Shown one piece after another: positions 10,975-19,661 of a stretch of 64,000 nt of DNA. Within the stretch, counting starts at the first letter, position 1; each line of letters starts with the position of its first letter. Source of the stretch: an uncultured bacterium (GTDB taxonomy: Bacteria; Methylomirabilota; Methylomirabilia; Methylomirabilales; CSP1-5). Made by a program: the position numbers and the translations under genes. The stretch is from positions 3,046 through 67,045 of the forward strand of contig CAYGBT010000007.1 of NCBI GenBank assembly GCA_964348275.1, read 5' to 3'. Under the pieces are notes generated by a model. It was given only the letters and a program-made list of their open reading frames with translations. It had not been told where the DNA came from and did no database searches.

Positions 10975-11457
10975 CTACGAGGGTTTATAGGGTGGGACCG
11001 CTAGGGTTCGGATGTAACTCACCAGATTCCAGATCTCCTCATCTTTAAGTTGCCCACCCCACGGTGCCATCAGAGCGGATTTCCCCACGCTGGCGCCCCC
11101 CTCCTTGATGATTCTGAAAAGGAACTGATCCGACTTGGCGTTGAGATCTTTCCCATCGGTGAGGTTCGTGACCTTCACCGGAAGCGCGGCCGCCGCTGGG
11201 CCATCTCCCTTGCCGGTGTTCCCATGGCACGAGGTGCAGAGGACAGCATACGTCCTCTTCCCTTCCTCGGGATCCCCCGCTTCTTCGACTTTCTTACTAA
11301 CCTTTTCGGTTGCCTCCTCGACTTTCTTGACACCTTCACTTGCTTTGTCGACCTTCTGAACGGTTTGTTCCGGCGGCCTCTCCTCTCCACAACCGCTAAG
11401 CGCGATCACCACCAATCCTGTGCAAAACATAAAAAACAGTTTCTTGTAAATCGCCAT
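10975..11457 (-). CDS. Monohaem c-type cytochrome lipoprotein
   Basis: CTSCHG haem motif, lipobox LSGC, and ATG at 11457 with AAGGAG 6 nt upstream. Confidence 0.85.
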   Translation of the reverse strand: MAIYKKLFFMFCTGLVVIALSGCGEERPPEQTVQKVDKASEGVKKVEEATEKVSKKVEEAGDPEEGKRTYAVLCTSCHGNTGKGDGPAAAALPVKVTNLTDGKDLNAKSDQFLFRIIKEGGASVGKSALMAPWGGQLKDEEIWNLVSYIRTLAVPPYKPS

Positions 11458-11824
11458 ACTGATCTCCTTGTGTCGTGATCGACGATACGGGGGCGCGTGA
11501 CGTGAATGATTCGTCCGTCGGTGAAGAGTACCAGTCACATCACGAAGATGGACGTTTACCGAACGACCTCAGACAGTTGTCGGCATCCTCGACAAACTTC
11601 CTGCTTCATCTTTACATTGTAACCAGACCGAGAGGACGTCAAGGCCCCTGTCACGACAAATGTGTATACCGGACAATCTCCTTGCGGGACCTGATGTATG
11701 TCAAACGTGAGGCTGTCCGACATCAGGAAAGGGGAAAATTCGATTCTGGGAAGGCGGCCAGAATGTATCTCAGGCCGTGGTTCGGCTGTCAAGGAGTGTT
11801 AATGATTGGTGTGCCGTCGGTTTC

Positions 11825-11870
11825 GCCGGAGCGGGGCGCAGGGCTATGCCGATCCTGGTTCCATCGGTAC
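11825..11870. repeat. R2-type repeat fragment fused to an R1 copy
   Basis: GCCGGAGCGGGGCGCAGGGCTATGCCGATCCTGGTTCCATCGG. Confidence 0.5.
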
Positions 11871-11880
11871 TACCCGCCAC

Positions 11881-11945
11881 GGGCTATGCGCTATAAGCCA
11901 TGCGCCTTCCTTGGGAATGTCAAAATTCAAGACCTGACCCCATCG
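11881..11945. repeat. R1-type intergenic repeat
   Basis: GGGCTATGCGCTATAAGCCATGCGCC..GTCAAAATTCAAGACCTGACCCC. Confidence 0.6.
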
Positions 11946-12107
11946 CATGACCCCATCGCAGGGACCCCATCGCAGGTTCCATCCACGCGCGTAGGAAGGC
12001 TGGGCACGAACTGGACGGCGAGACGGCAGCGCGGGAACGGAGGTATTAGTCAACCAAGGACTTGACCCCACCCACTTACGAGCGCCGGGGCGCGGGACCT
12101 TCGGGTG

Positions 12108-12305
12108 CTAGCAGCATTTCACCCCCATTTGCTCAGTCATTTCCCGGCAAGTTGCCCACGGGTCCCCACCACCTTCGATCTTCGCCATCATTGCATTGAG
12201 CAAGCCGACATAGGCGGTCGTGTTGACCAGGAGTCCGTCGCGGATGGCTTCCTGTTCCTCTGGCGACACCTCGGTGAACGCTTTGAGGAAATCTTCTCCC
12301 TTCAC
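12108..12305 (-). CDS. Small hypothetical protein (65 aa, ends in CC)
   Basis: GTG start preceded by GGAGGAAACTAG. Confidence 0.5.
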   Translation of the reverse strand: MKGEDFLKAFTEVSPEEQEAIRDGLLVNTTAYVGLLNAMMAKIEGGGDPWATCREMTEQMGVKCC

Positions 12306-12468
12306 CTAGTTTCCTCCTTGGCGTCCACATGGGTTGGGGAACGCTTGAAGCTTACTTGCCTCGCCTACCCGTCGTACGAAATATGGCGCAGCAGGTGCGA
12401 GATTTCAACCCCTTCAAGTCAAAACGCCGCTGCGGGGTGTACATCGCCCGAGAAGGCGTCGCGTGTGT

Positions 12469-12520
12469 CAGAGGTGGGCGCAGGGCTATACCGATCCTGG
12501 TTCCATTACATCGATCCCCG
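12469..12520. repeat. R2-type repeat
   Basis: GGTGGGCGCAGGGCTATACCGATCCTGGTTCCATTACATCG, immediately downstream of the 12543 stop. Confidence 0.5.
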
Positions 12521-12542
12521 ACACTCTGAAGCCTGCCGGCCC

Positions 12543-12794
12543 CTATTCCTTCACAACGATGACGCGGCCTTTCTCGTTGACGTACACCCGATACGTATCG
12601 CCGGACGAACAACGGGCGAGGTAGTCGTTGTCGCCGAGCTTCTCGAAACTGACAACCTGCCCACAGGGCTTCCCCTGCAGGGCGATGACCGTGCTCAGGT
12701 CCTTGGCGATGTCTACGGGTTTGGCCTGCGCCATCAGGACCGTGGTAAATAGCACGGCTCCGAGCCAACATCCTCCGTTCTTCGTGACCCCCAT
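12543..12794 (-). CDS. Small secreted hypothetical protein
   Basis: ATG with AAGGAGAG 5 nt upstream; signal-peptide-like N-terminus. Confidence 0.6.
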   Translation of the reverse strand: MGVTKNGGCWLGAVLFTTVLMAQAKPVDIAKDLSTVIALQGKPCGQVVSFEKLGDNDYLARCSSGDTYRVYVNEKGRVIVVKE

Positions 12795-12818
12795 GGATCT
12801 CTCCTTTTCGGTGGCCGC

Positions 12819-13283
12819 TTATAGCCGAGTAAATTCCCTAGGATCGGCGAGCTTCGCCCATAAGATCTGCCGGGCCCTGGCGATTTCCTGGCCCAGCGGG
12901 GGATCCCCATCTTGCAACAAGGTGATGACCTTCATAAAGAGGAGATTGTAATGGTCGCGCAACTTCTCTAACGGCGTGTTCCCATCGCCGGCATGAAATC
13001 GGCGGAACCGATCCATGAGATCATCAATCTCATTTTTGAGCGCCAGCTTTGTGAAAAACCCGATCGCTTTGGTGGCCCGAAGGCGGGCCACGAGCTCATC
13101 AATGTTGTATTGCCCCGCGGCGGTGTCCGCAGGCGCCTCCTTCTCGGCCAGCTCCCGTACCGTGTCGTCGGCAGGAGTGCCATCGCAATCTTGTCCGGCG
13201 AAAGTCGCGGTGGCCGTCACCGTCACCACGAGAGTGGCAAGCGCAAGGAGGGTCAGATCTCGTAACGCCATGTTTTTTCCCAT
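12819..13283 (-). CDS. Secreted hypothetical protein
   Basis: 154 aa ORF with signal-peptide-like LLALATLVVTVTATATFA. Confidence 0.6.
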   Translation of the reverse strand: MGKNMALRDLTLLALATLVVTVTATATFAGQDCDGTPADDTVRELAEKEAPADTAAGQYNIDELVARLRATKAIGFFTKLALKNEIDDLMDRFRRFHAGDGNTPLEKLRDHYNLLFMKVITLLQDGDPPLGQEIARARQILWAKLADPREFTRL

Positions 13284-13352
13284 TACTTACCGGACGAAGT
13301 TCGATGGGTAAAAATTCTCCTCTGGCCCCAAATTCCGATTCTAGACGGACTA

Positions 13353-13381
13353 AGTATTCCCTGTCGGGCGAGGGGTGTCAA
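13353..13381 (-). promoter_or_regulatory. Putative sigma70-type promoter
   Basis: Minus strand reads TTGACA, 17 nt, AATACT. The flanking module GGGTGTCAAGGG..AAGGCGGG is shared with 5601-5635. Confidence 0.4.
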
Positions 13382-13470
13382 GGGCGCTGAAGGCGGGGGC
13401 GAGATCGCGGGAGAACCTGGGGCCTTATGATGCAGGGCACAAGGAGGTGACGCGGACCCCATAGCCGAAA

Positions 13471-14022
13471 TCACATGCCTGAAACCGTTCCTCGTTTCGG
13501 CCTCTCACCCTCGCCGAACGCCAAACAATTGCGATCAAACCATTTCTCATCTGCTAGAACCACGGAGATTTCGATTTGCCGGTCAGGGACCGTCCAGTAT
13601 TTTCTCAACAATCGATCCTTCTCCTGCGGGGAAACCAATCGAAATCCATGTTTTTCGTAGAAACGAATCGCCCAACCGGCATCTGCCCACGTGCCAAGTA
13701 AGATGGGGCGCGTCGTCTGCTTCCGAAGGAAGGAGAGCAATCTTTGCCCGATGCCCTGTCTGCGTTTGACCGTGCGCACATAGGCATGTCTGATCAGCGT
13801 GACATCCTGAACGTGTTGAATGCCCATCACCCCAACGAGTTCCCCGTCTTCCTCATATCCCCAGAACAGGACATCCTCGTCTTTCTCAGTCCGAAGCTCA
13901 TCTTCAGACATGTACGGCTCTTTCCAACAGTCGGCAGGAATCACGCCTTTGTACGCCTCGGCGGAATCATTGATGATCGCGTGAATCGTGGCAAAGTCGC
14001 TGTCGTCACACTCACGAATCAT
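13471..14022 (-). CDS. GNAT family N-acetyltransferase
   Basis: RRQGIGQRLL acetyl-CoA motif. Start is ATG 14022, with an alternative TTG at 14058. Confidence 0.85.
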   Translation of the reverse strand: MIRECDDSDFATIHAIINDSAEAYKGVIPADCWKEPYMSEDELRTEKDEDVLFWGYEEDGELVGVMGIQHVQDVTLIRHAYVRTVKRRQGIGQRLLSFLRKQTTRPILLGTWADAGWAIRFYEKHGFRLVSPQEKDRLLRKYWTVPDRQIEISVVLADEKWFDRNCLAFGEGERPKRGTVSGM

Positions 14023-14086
14023 ACCGATGGGCTCTTGCGAGAAGGCCACCCACGACAATCGCTAGGAGCTAAGTGTGCCGTCGATT

Positions 14087-14182
14087 GTGCCGGAGGGGGG
14101 CAAAGGGCTATGCGCTATAAGCCATAAGCCTTCCTTGGCAATGTCAAGATTCAAGACCTGAGCCCCACCCCTTGCCCCCAAT
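14087..14182. repeat. R1-type imperfect-palindrome repeat
   Basis: Arm GGAGGGGGGCAAAGGG pairs with CCCTTGCCCCC. The core is GCGCTATAAGCCATAAGCC..GTCAAGATTCAAGACC. Confidence 0.6.
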
Positions 14183-14453
14183 CTCTCTTTCTGATGTTTT
14201 ACACTGAACAACGTCCAGAGCTGCTTCGTGTTTTTGATCTGGGAAGCGATCTTTTTTCTAAATTTCGTAGCACATTGATTGTGAAGCCTTGCGCTGAAGA
14301 GAAAAAGCTAGAAAGCAACTCACGGGGAGGAACGTCCTTGAGCCTGCGTTCCACCTCACCTCTATTTCTTCGAGATAAAAGGCTATCGCTAGATAGAGGG
14401 CAAGGGGTCACAGGGGCAAGGGGTCAAGTCTTTTCTTGACTCACCTCCGCTGC

Positions 14454-14789
14454 TCACCCAAGCTGTTCCAGAATCGCCTTGACCTTCCGTTTGAGGTTCG
14501 GCAGTTCTCGGTCTATCACACGCCATACGATGTCCAGGTCGATCCCGAAATACTCATGCACCAAGACGTTCCGCATATCCATAATGTCCAACCATGGAAC
14601 CTCCGGGTGACGGTCCCGCAATTCCGGCGACAGGGCCCGAGCAGCCTCGCCAATGATTTGGATATGCCAGACCATCCAGTTTTGGATGAGTTCATCGCTC
14701 CGAAATGCTTTCTCCCCACGAACCGCGTAGCGCTCGATATGTGATATGGCTTGGAAGATATGTTCAAGGCGCCGGCGATCATCCCTCAT
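14454..14789 (-). CDS. hepT: HepT-like (DUF86) toxin
   Basis: RNVLVHEY (Rx4HxY) motif and a 4-nt overlap with the upstream MNT gene. Confidence 0.9.
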   Translation of the reverse strand: MRDDRRRLEHIFQAISHIERYAVRGEKAFRSDELIQNWMVWHIQIIGEAARALSPELRDRHPEVPWLDIMDMRNVLVHEYFGIDLDIVWRVIDRELPNLKRKVKAILEQLG

Positions 14790-15076
14790 AGGGGCACGGC
14801 CTCTCTCAGGACCTCCTCACGAATAGATTCCCGCAACCCCTTTTCCGTAACCACGTCGACCCTTCTCCCCAGCAATTGATTGAGTTCCCGCCACAGGCCA
14901 GCCAGGTCGAAGAGGCTCCGCCCTTGATCCATTTCCACGAGCAAGTCGATGTCGCTGTCTCCGTCTGCCTCGCCGCGAGCCACTGAGCCAAAGATGCGCA
15001 CGTTCCGCGCCCCACGTTTCGCAGCGATGCGGAGGATTTCATCCCGCTTAGACTTTAATAGCTCTTCAACCGTCAC
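14786..15076 (-). CDS. mntA: MNT nucleotidyltransferase antitoxin
   Basis: [18 protein letters not shown] motif. Confidence 0.9.
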   Translation of the reverse strand: MTVEELLKSKRDEILRIAAKRGARNVRIFGSVARGEADGDSDIDLLVEMDQGRSLFDLAGLWRELNQLLGRRVDVVTEKGLRESIREEVLREAVPL

Positions 15077-15171
15077 CGTCCAACTCCCTAGCGCCTTCTG
15101 TCATTGTATGGACGTTCACGCACATTGTAAGTGCTCGGGGCAAGGCCTTTCCGACACGGGCCCAGTGCCGG

Positions 15172-15351
15172 CTATTCGTCCTCGATATGGGCCTTGATCA
15201 TTTCGATAAGCTCGGGCGTGACCTCGACGATGCCGTGCTCTTTCGCATGGGCCTTGGCATTCTTCAACAGCTCTTCTTGCGTTTCGCCCCGGACGACGTG
15301 GCCGCAACCGCTGGCTGGGTTCACCTTGCTGCAGTCAATGATTTTCCCCAT
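15172..15351 (-). CDS. DUF1059 small protein
   Basis: 59 aa MGKIIDCSKV..GCGHVVRGETQEELL..HAKEHG; ATG with AGGAGGG 6 nt upstream. Confidence 0.8.
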   Translation of the reverse strand: MGKIIDCSKVNPASGCGHVVRGETQEELLKNAKAHAKEHGIVEVTPELIEMIKAHIEDE

Positions 15352-15505
15352 GAGGGTCCCTCCTGGTGTGAGACGACTTCGGATTGCGATTTGCAGATTG
15401 CGAATTTCTCGCCCCACCGATTCCGAAATCCGAAATTCCCCTTTTCCCTGACCGAATTCGCCCTTCGGCCCACTCGATGACCGCCTCGGCGATCGCGAGG
15501 GCCTT

Positions 15506-15637
15506 TTAGTACTCCTCCTGTGTAACCGGTTCAGCAAGGTCCGGGTAGCGCGTGACGATCGCAAAGCGAGTCAGGCGGCGGAGAAAGCGATCAAGGCTGT
15601 TCTCCTGCACCTGAGGATTTCGTTCCCGTACACTCAC
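15506..15637 (-). pseudogene. Remnant of a HEPN-domain partner of the upstream nucleotidyltransferase
   Basis: A 43-codon ORF whose GTG overlaps the MNT stop (GTGA), ending ..AIVTRYPDLAEPVTQEEY like a HEPN C-terminus. Further HEPN-like sequence continues upstream in this frame without a start codon. Confidence 0.35.
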
Positions 15638-16047
15638 GATCTGAGAGCGCTGCTCCGACTCCTGAAGAATGCAGGGGAAGCTGTCCCTGCGGAAGTGGAG
15701 GAGGCGGCATATACCACCTTTCCTTCCGTCAGGGCGGGATGAATCACTAATGCCGGATCATCACGATGCTTCCCAACATCTTCAGAGGTGACCACGACGA
15801 CATCGACTCCCCTGCGCACGCCTTTCAGATTCATGAAGTTCATGTAAATCTCTTCTGTCAGGCGGCCCCGGTGAAAGTTTCCACTTTTGATCACCAGTAA
15901 GTCCACATCGCTGTTTAGCCCCATCTTGCCCCGGGCCGCTGAGCCAAAGAGGACGATTTTGTCCGACTTTGCCACCTCGACGATCCGCTGGATGATCTCG
16001 CCCAGCGTCTCCTGAGTGACTTTTTGATTGGCAATTGTTTTCTTCAC
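15634..16047 (-). CDS. Nucleotidyltransferase (MNT-like) domain protein
   Basis: LFGSAARGKMGLNSDVDLLV motif. I prefer the GTG at 16047; the ORF track start at 16161 lies in repeat DNA. Confidence 0.75.
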   Translation of the reverse strand: MKKTIANQKVTQETLGEIIQRIVEVAKSDKIVLFGSAARGKMGLNSDVDLLVIKSGNFHRGRLTEEIYMNFMNLKGVRRGVDVVVVTSEDVGKHRDDPALVIHPALTEGKVVYAASSTSAGTASPAFFRSRSSALRS

Positions 16048-16286
16048 CCTTCGGACCTCGCTGAATCTTTTGTGCAGAAAGTCGAGACCCCGGACCGAGG
16101 GGGTCAAATCTTTTGTTGACAATTGTTCTCCGAAACGAAAAAACACCGGGGAGTGTGACAAGCGCTCGCCCGGTGCCCCCTCTTCGGCTCGTAGCTCGTC
16201 GCCAGAATCTTGCCAATAAATTAGGGGGTTTGGGGCTGATTGTCAATGGAGCAATAGTCGAGAGTTGAGAGGTGTGAGGTAACAGT

Positions 16287-17549
16287 TTAGAGTTCTGGTT
16301 TTGCCGGTGAGGGAAGCCCGGCCGGTCGTTCTCGGATCAACGCGACACTGACGAGGGCCGCACCCACCAGTAACAGACAGACGCGAAAAGCCCAGGCGAA
16401 GGCATGGGGCGGGTACAGCCGCGCCCCCTCCCGCATCGCGTCCTGCCAGTGGAAATCGAGGACGAACCCCAACAGGACTTGAAGGACCGCCGCGCCCAGG
16501 AATCCCCCCGTATTCACTATGGCTAATGCGACGCCGACCCGCTCGGGCTGCTGCTCTTTGATGCAGGAGAGGCAAAGCAGGAGGCTGCTCGCGAAAAAGC
16601 CGAAGACGAACAGGTAGGAGCCCAGACGCGACGCCGGGACGAGGTTCGCGGCAGGACCGATCCAGAACAAGGCGTAACAGCCGCCGCCCAACAGGAGGGG
16701 AAGCTTGCGCTGCTGGAAGAGCCGGTCCGAGAGATACCCGATCACGGTCCCCCCCGCGATAAAGCCGAGCACCCCCACGCCGATGAGGTCCCCGGCCTCG
16801 GAACGCGTCAGCCCGTGCACCTGCATGAGGTACGGGGGACCCCACAAGGCAAAGAAGGCGAGATAGGTCCCGGTGATCCCGACCTTGGCGAAAAAGACCG
16901 GCCAGGTCTCCGGGGTCTTGAGCACCGCCCAGAGAGGGCGGAGAAATGGCGTGTGCGTCGCCGCGGGAAGAGCGGCCCAATCTTGAATCATCCAGAAGCA
17001 GCCGAGCGCGATAACGACCGTGATGAACCCGACGCTGTGAAATCCCCACCGCCAGCCCACGACCTCAACCACGCGGGCAAAGGGGCCGCTCGCCACGAAG
17101 CCGCCGAGGAAGCCGACGGTCGTGGTGAGGCCGGTCATCGTCGCGAAGTACTGAGGGGGAAACCAGTCGGCAATCAGCTTCAGGATGTTCACGAACACGG
17201 CCGCCACCCCGACGCCGACCAGGAATCGCCCCAGGTAGGCTGTGGTCAGGTCCGGGGCAGCCCCGAAGATGAACGCGCCGGCTGTCATGATCAGGGCGCT
17301 GGCGGTGATCGTCCGGCGGGGTCCCCATGTGTCCGCCAAAATGCCCGCGGGCATCTGAAGCACGGCGTAGAGGTAGAAATAGAGGGAGGAGAGCCCACCC
17401 AGTCCCACCGCGGCGATCTTGAACGCGGCCATGAGTTGGTCCGAGATGATGCCGAGGGCGAAACGGTGGAAGTTCACGAAAAGGTAGAGGGCCGTCGCCG
17501 TCACCCAGATGATCCATTTTCGCATAGGGCCTCTCATGCGAGATGACAC
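16287..17549 (-). CDS. MFS transporter
   Basis: About 12 hydrophobic helices and a D-R-x-G-R-R-like loop (DTWGPRR). The start is ambiguous (17549, 17537 or 17525). Confidence 0.85.
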   Translation of the reverse strand: MSSRMRGPMRKWIIWVTATALYLFVNFHRFALGIISDQLMAAFKIAAVGLGGLSSLYFYLYAVLQMPAGILADTWGPRRTITASALIMTAGAFIFGAAPDLTTAYLGRFLVGVGVAAVFVNILKLIADWFPPQYFATMTGLTTTVGFLGGFVASGPFARVVEVVGWRWGFHSVGFITVVIALGCFWMIQDWAALPAATHTPFLRPLWAVLKTPETWPVFFAKVGITGTYLAFFALWGPPYLMQVHGLTRSEAGDLIGVGVLGFIAGGTVIGYLSDRLFQQRKLPLLLGGGCYALFWIGPAANLVPASRLGSYLFVFGFFASSLLLCLSCIKEQQPERVGVALAIVNTGGFLGAAVLQVLLGFVLDFHWQDAMREGARLYPPHAFAWAFRVCLLLVGAALVSVALIRERPAGLPSPAKPEL

Positions 17550-17706
17550 AAGCGGGGATTATAGCAGGGAGGGGGATGTTGTTGAGAGCAGATAGTTGAG
17601 AGGGGAGGGTGGAGAGCCCACAGATAGTTCAGAGTTTAGGGTTCAGACCGGGGGGTTGGGTCCAGTCAGCGGCCCTCTCCGGAGGGGGTGTGCAAAATTT
17701 TCGCAC

Positions 17707-17734
17707 TTGACAGATGATTCCTTATGAATATATT
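17707..17734 (+). promoter_or_regulatory. Promoter of sRNA copy 1
   Basis: TTGACA, 16 nt, TATATT, preceded by the near-palindrome GTGCAAAATTTTCGCAC. Confidence 0.6.
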
Positions 17735-17741
17735 CACCGTG

Positions 17742-17903
17742 AGCCCCAAGAGGTTCGATCTGATCTCCACAACCGGGTCTTACGGCCTGGCGGGATCGGC
17801 GGAACCTGATGCTCCCTCCCAATCATTGATAATCAGGGGGGGAAAGAACAGGGACCGACCGCCTAAGGTGAAAGATCAGAACGGGTCACTTGGGGCTTTT
17901 TTT
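17742..17903 (+). ncRNA. Structured sRNA of unknown family, copy 1 (short form)
   Basis: The 5-prime AGCCCCAAG pairs with the 3-prime CTTGGGGCT, followed by T7. An internal hairpin CCGGGTC-TTAC-GGCCTGG is present and there is no ORF. Confidence 0.6.
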
Positions 17904-17926
17904 GTTGATAGCGGACCGAGGGAAGG

Positions 17927-18367
17927 TCAGTAACAGTGCCGCTGCCAGGCGCCCGGCACCAAGACCTGATAATAGGTCGTAAAGCCGTTTTCCTGGCGGG
18001 ACCGCGTCTCCCAGCGTCCCGCCACCCAAACGTCCCGGCAAACCGGCACCTGGGGATAGGCCGGCTGATAGACTACGGGGGGGCCATAGACGACCGGGGG
18101 CGGTTCGACGGGGCTCACCACAGGCGCGTAGGTGACCGGCGGAGCATAGACCACGCGGGGAGTGGCGAGGGCGTCGAGGACCAGGAATGTCGCCGCCCCG
18201 GCCAGAAATCCCCCGAGGAAGTGGCCATGGCCGTCGTGGTGGTCGTGGTGCCTGAAGTGGCTGTAATGGCGGTGATGCCCGTGGCGCCAGCCTCTCGCTT
18301 GGGCCGGCAGACTCATCACGCCCAGCACGAGACTCCCGATGACGAGGCCCACTGCAACGCGTTTCAT
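17927..18367 (-). CDS. Secreted His-rich / Pro-rich protein with a conserved Cys-containing C-terminal domain (paralog 1)
   Basis: Signal peptide MKRVAVGLVIGSLVLG, an HHRHYSHFRHHDHHDGHGH tract, and a paralog at 21985-22506. Confidence 0.7.
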   Translation of the reverse strand: MKRVAVGLVIGSLVLGVMSLPAQARGWRHGHHRHYSHFRHHDHHDGHGHFLGGFLAGAATFLVLDALATPRVVYAPPVTYAPVVSPVEPPPVVYGPPVVYQPAYPQVPVCRDVWVAGRWETRSRQENGFTTYYQVLVPGAWQRHCY

Positions 18368-18460
18368 TGTTTTCGCCCCCTTTGCCCACCTGGGAGCCGA
18401 GAGGCGGCCCCCGCATGCCGGGTCTGCCAGCCCTCTCATCTTAAGACGACGCCCCACTCA

Positions 18461-18489
18461 ATTTTATTTCATCGCCGACCCAGCGTCAA
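18461..18489 (-). promoter_or_regulatory. Putative promoter of His-rich paralog 1
   Basis: Minus strand reads TTGACG, 17 nt, TAAAAT. Confidence 0.5.
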
Positions 18490-18519
18490 GAAGCTCCGCG
18501 CCGGGGAACCGAAAACGGA

Positions 18520-19500
18520 TCAGTCCTTGTGGTGACCCTTTACCTTGTAGGCCCCAGGTCCCAGGTCGAGGTCGATTTCCGCCCAGATCGTCAGTTGCAC
18601 CCGTTCTTTCTGTGGGGGATCCGTCTTGATTATGATGGTCCGAAAGAACTTCCCGGATGGCTCTTCGTGCAAGTTCGGGTCAAACTCCACCAGCAGCACC
18701 GCTTCATCCCCGGGCTGAAGCCGCTTCTTACTCACGCGGGCTTCTGTGCATCGGCAGCTCGTCGGTGTGCTCGTAATGGTGATCAGCTGCTCCCCGGCAT
18801 AGAGAAACGGAAACTCGTGTTTGACGATCCCCCCACTCTGTTTGACCACGCCGAAGTCGTATTCCGTCTCGGCGAAACGGAAATTGCCGATTCCATTGTT
18901 GTATTTTGCGTCCCTGCTGACTTTCATGAAATCCTCTTCCGACAGCACGTTCCCCCGAACCCGGAGTTCAGCGACCGTGCCGTTTCTGATCGTTCGCATC
19001 GTTCTGGACAACCGGCCTTCCGGAGGAGCACTTGTTACCAGATACACCGCTCTCATGATCCGTCCCACATCGTCCGGTCCGTGGAAGAGCGGATCGAACT
19101 CTACATTGACTGTGAAACGTTCCCCGGGCTTGACGGCGCGATGCCAATTTTTCGGGACGTCCATCCCGAAAGCGGGAGAGACATCGCCATCGGCAAGCGC
19201 GATGGTTGCTTTGGTGCAGCCGCACGAGGTAAACGCGCCCTTGAGGATCAGATCCTCGCTTCCGCCGTTTTGCAAGGTAAAGGTGTGCCGGACGTTTCCG
19301 CCTCGGATGTTGACATTCCCCCAGTCATGCTCCAATGTCTCGGCGGACGTGACCCGTCCCGAATTGGCAACCTGTGTTATTTCATCGCCTCCAGAGAATA
19401 CGCCGCTCACAACGAATGCAACGACGATCAATCCCATCGCAATAAGCAGAAAGAGGTTTCCCTTTGACATGGACCGTTTCTTTCCCTTGGATGTTTTCAT
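18520..19500 (-). CDS. DUF1573 domain protein (two copies of the domain)
   Basis: HDWGNV..FTLQNGG..L.I....TSCGCT and YDFGVV..H.F......L.I....TSCRCT. Confidence 0.85.
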   Translation of the reverse strand: MKTSKGKKRSMSKGNLFLLIAMGLIVVAFVVSGVFSGGDEITQVANSGRVTSAETLEHDWGNVNIRGGNVRHTFTLQNGGSEDLILKGAFTSCGCTKATIALADGDVSPAFGMDVPKNWHRAVKPGERFTVNVEFDPLFHGPDDVGRIMRAVYLVTSAPPEGRLSRTMRTIRNGTVAELRVRGNVLSEEDFMKVSRDAKYNNGIGNFRFAETEYDFGVVKQSGGIVKHEFPFLYAGEQLITITSTPTSCRCTEARVSKKRLQPGDEAVLLVEFDPNLHEEPSGKFFRTIIIKTDPPQKERVQLTIWAEIDLDLGPGAYKVKGHHKD

Positions 19501-19661
19501 ACCGACGCGATCCCTCCTCGAGTGAGACCATTCATGAATCTACTCCCAGGCCGAACCGTGACAAGGCGTGCGTCGCGTATTCTGATTCATGGCCATCTCA
19601 CCACTATTTGTTGTCAAATAGTATATGCCAGTCGCGAGCTAAATGCCACCCCCGTCAAGAA

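Noticed and set aside
5829-14182. R1/R2 repeats as canonical integron attC sites
   Set aside because: I could not find RYYYAAC / GTTRRRY boxes at the repeat ends or an intI gene. I kept this only as a hypothesis to test computationally.
14190-14440. Lower-GC stretch with ORFs 14194-14439 (+) and 14199-14411 (-)
   Set aside because: No RBS or motif in either frame. The region ends in direct GGGGCAAGGGGTCA repeats belonging to the repeat families, so it is more likely non-coding.
16243-17049. 268-aa minus-strand ORF
   Set aside because: Alternative frame inside the MFS transporter gene, with low-complexity Arg/Gly/Pro content.
17750-17770. tRNA- or tmRNA-like GGTTCGATC segment in the sRNA
   Set aside because: No flanking T-arm stem or acceptor-like pairing is present. 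The segment instead pairs with the 3-prime part of the same RNA.
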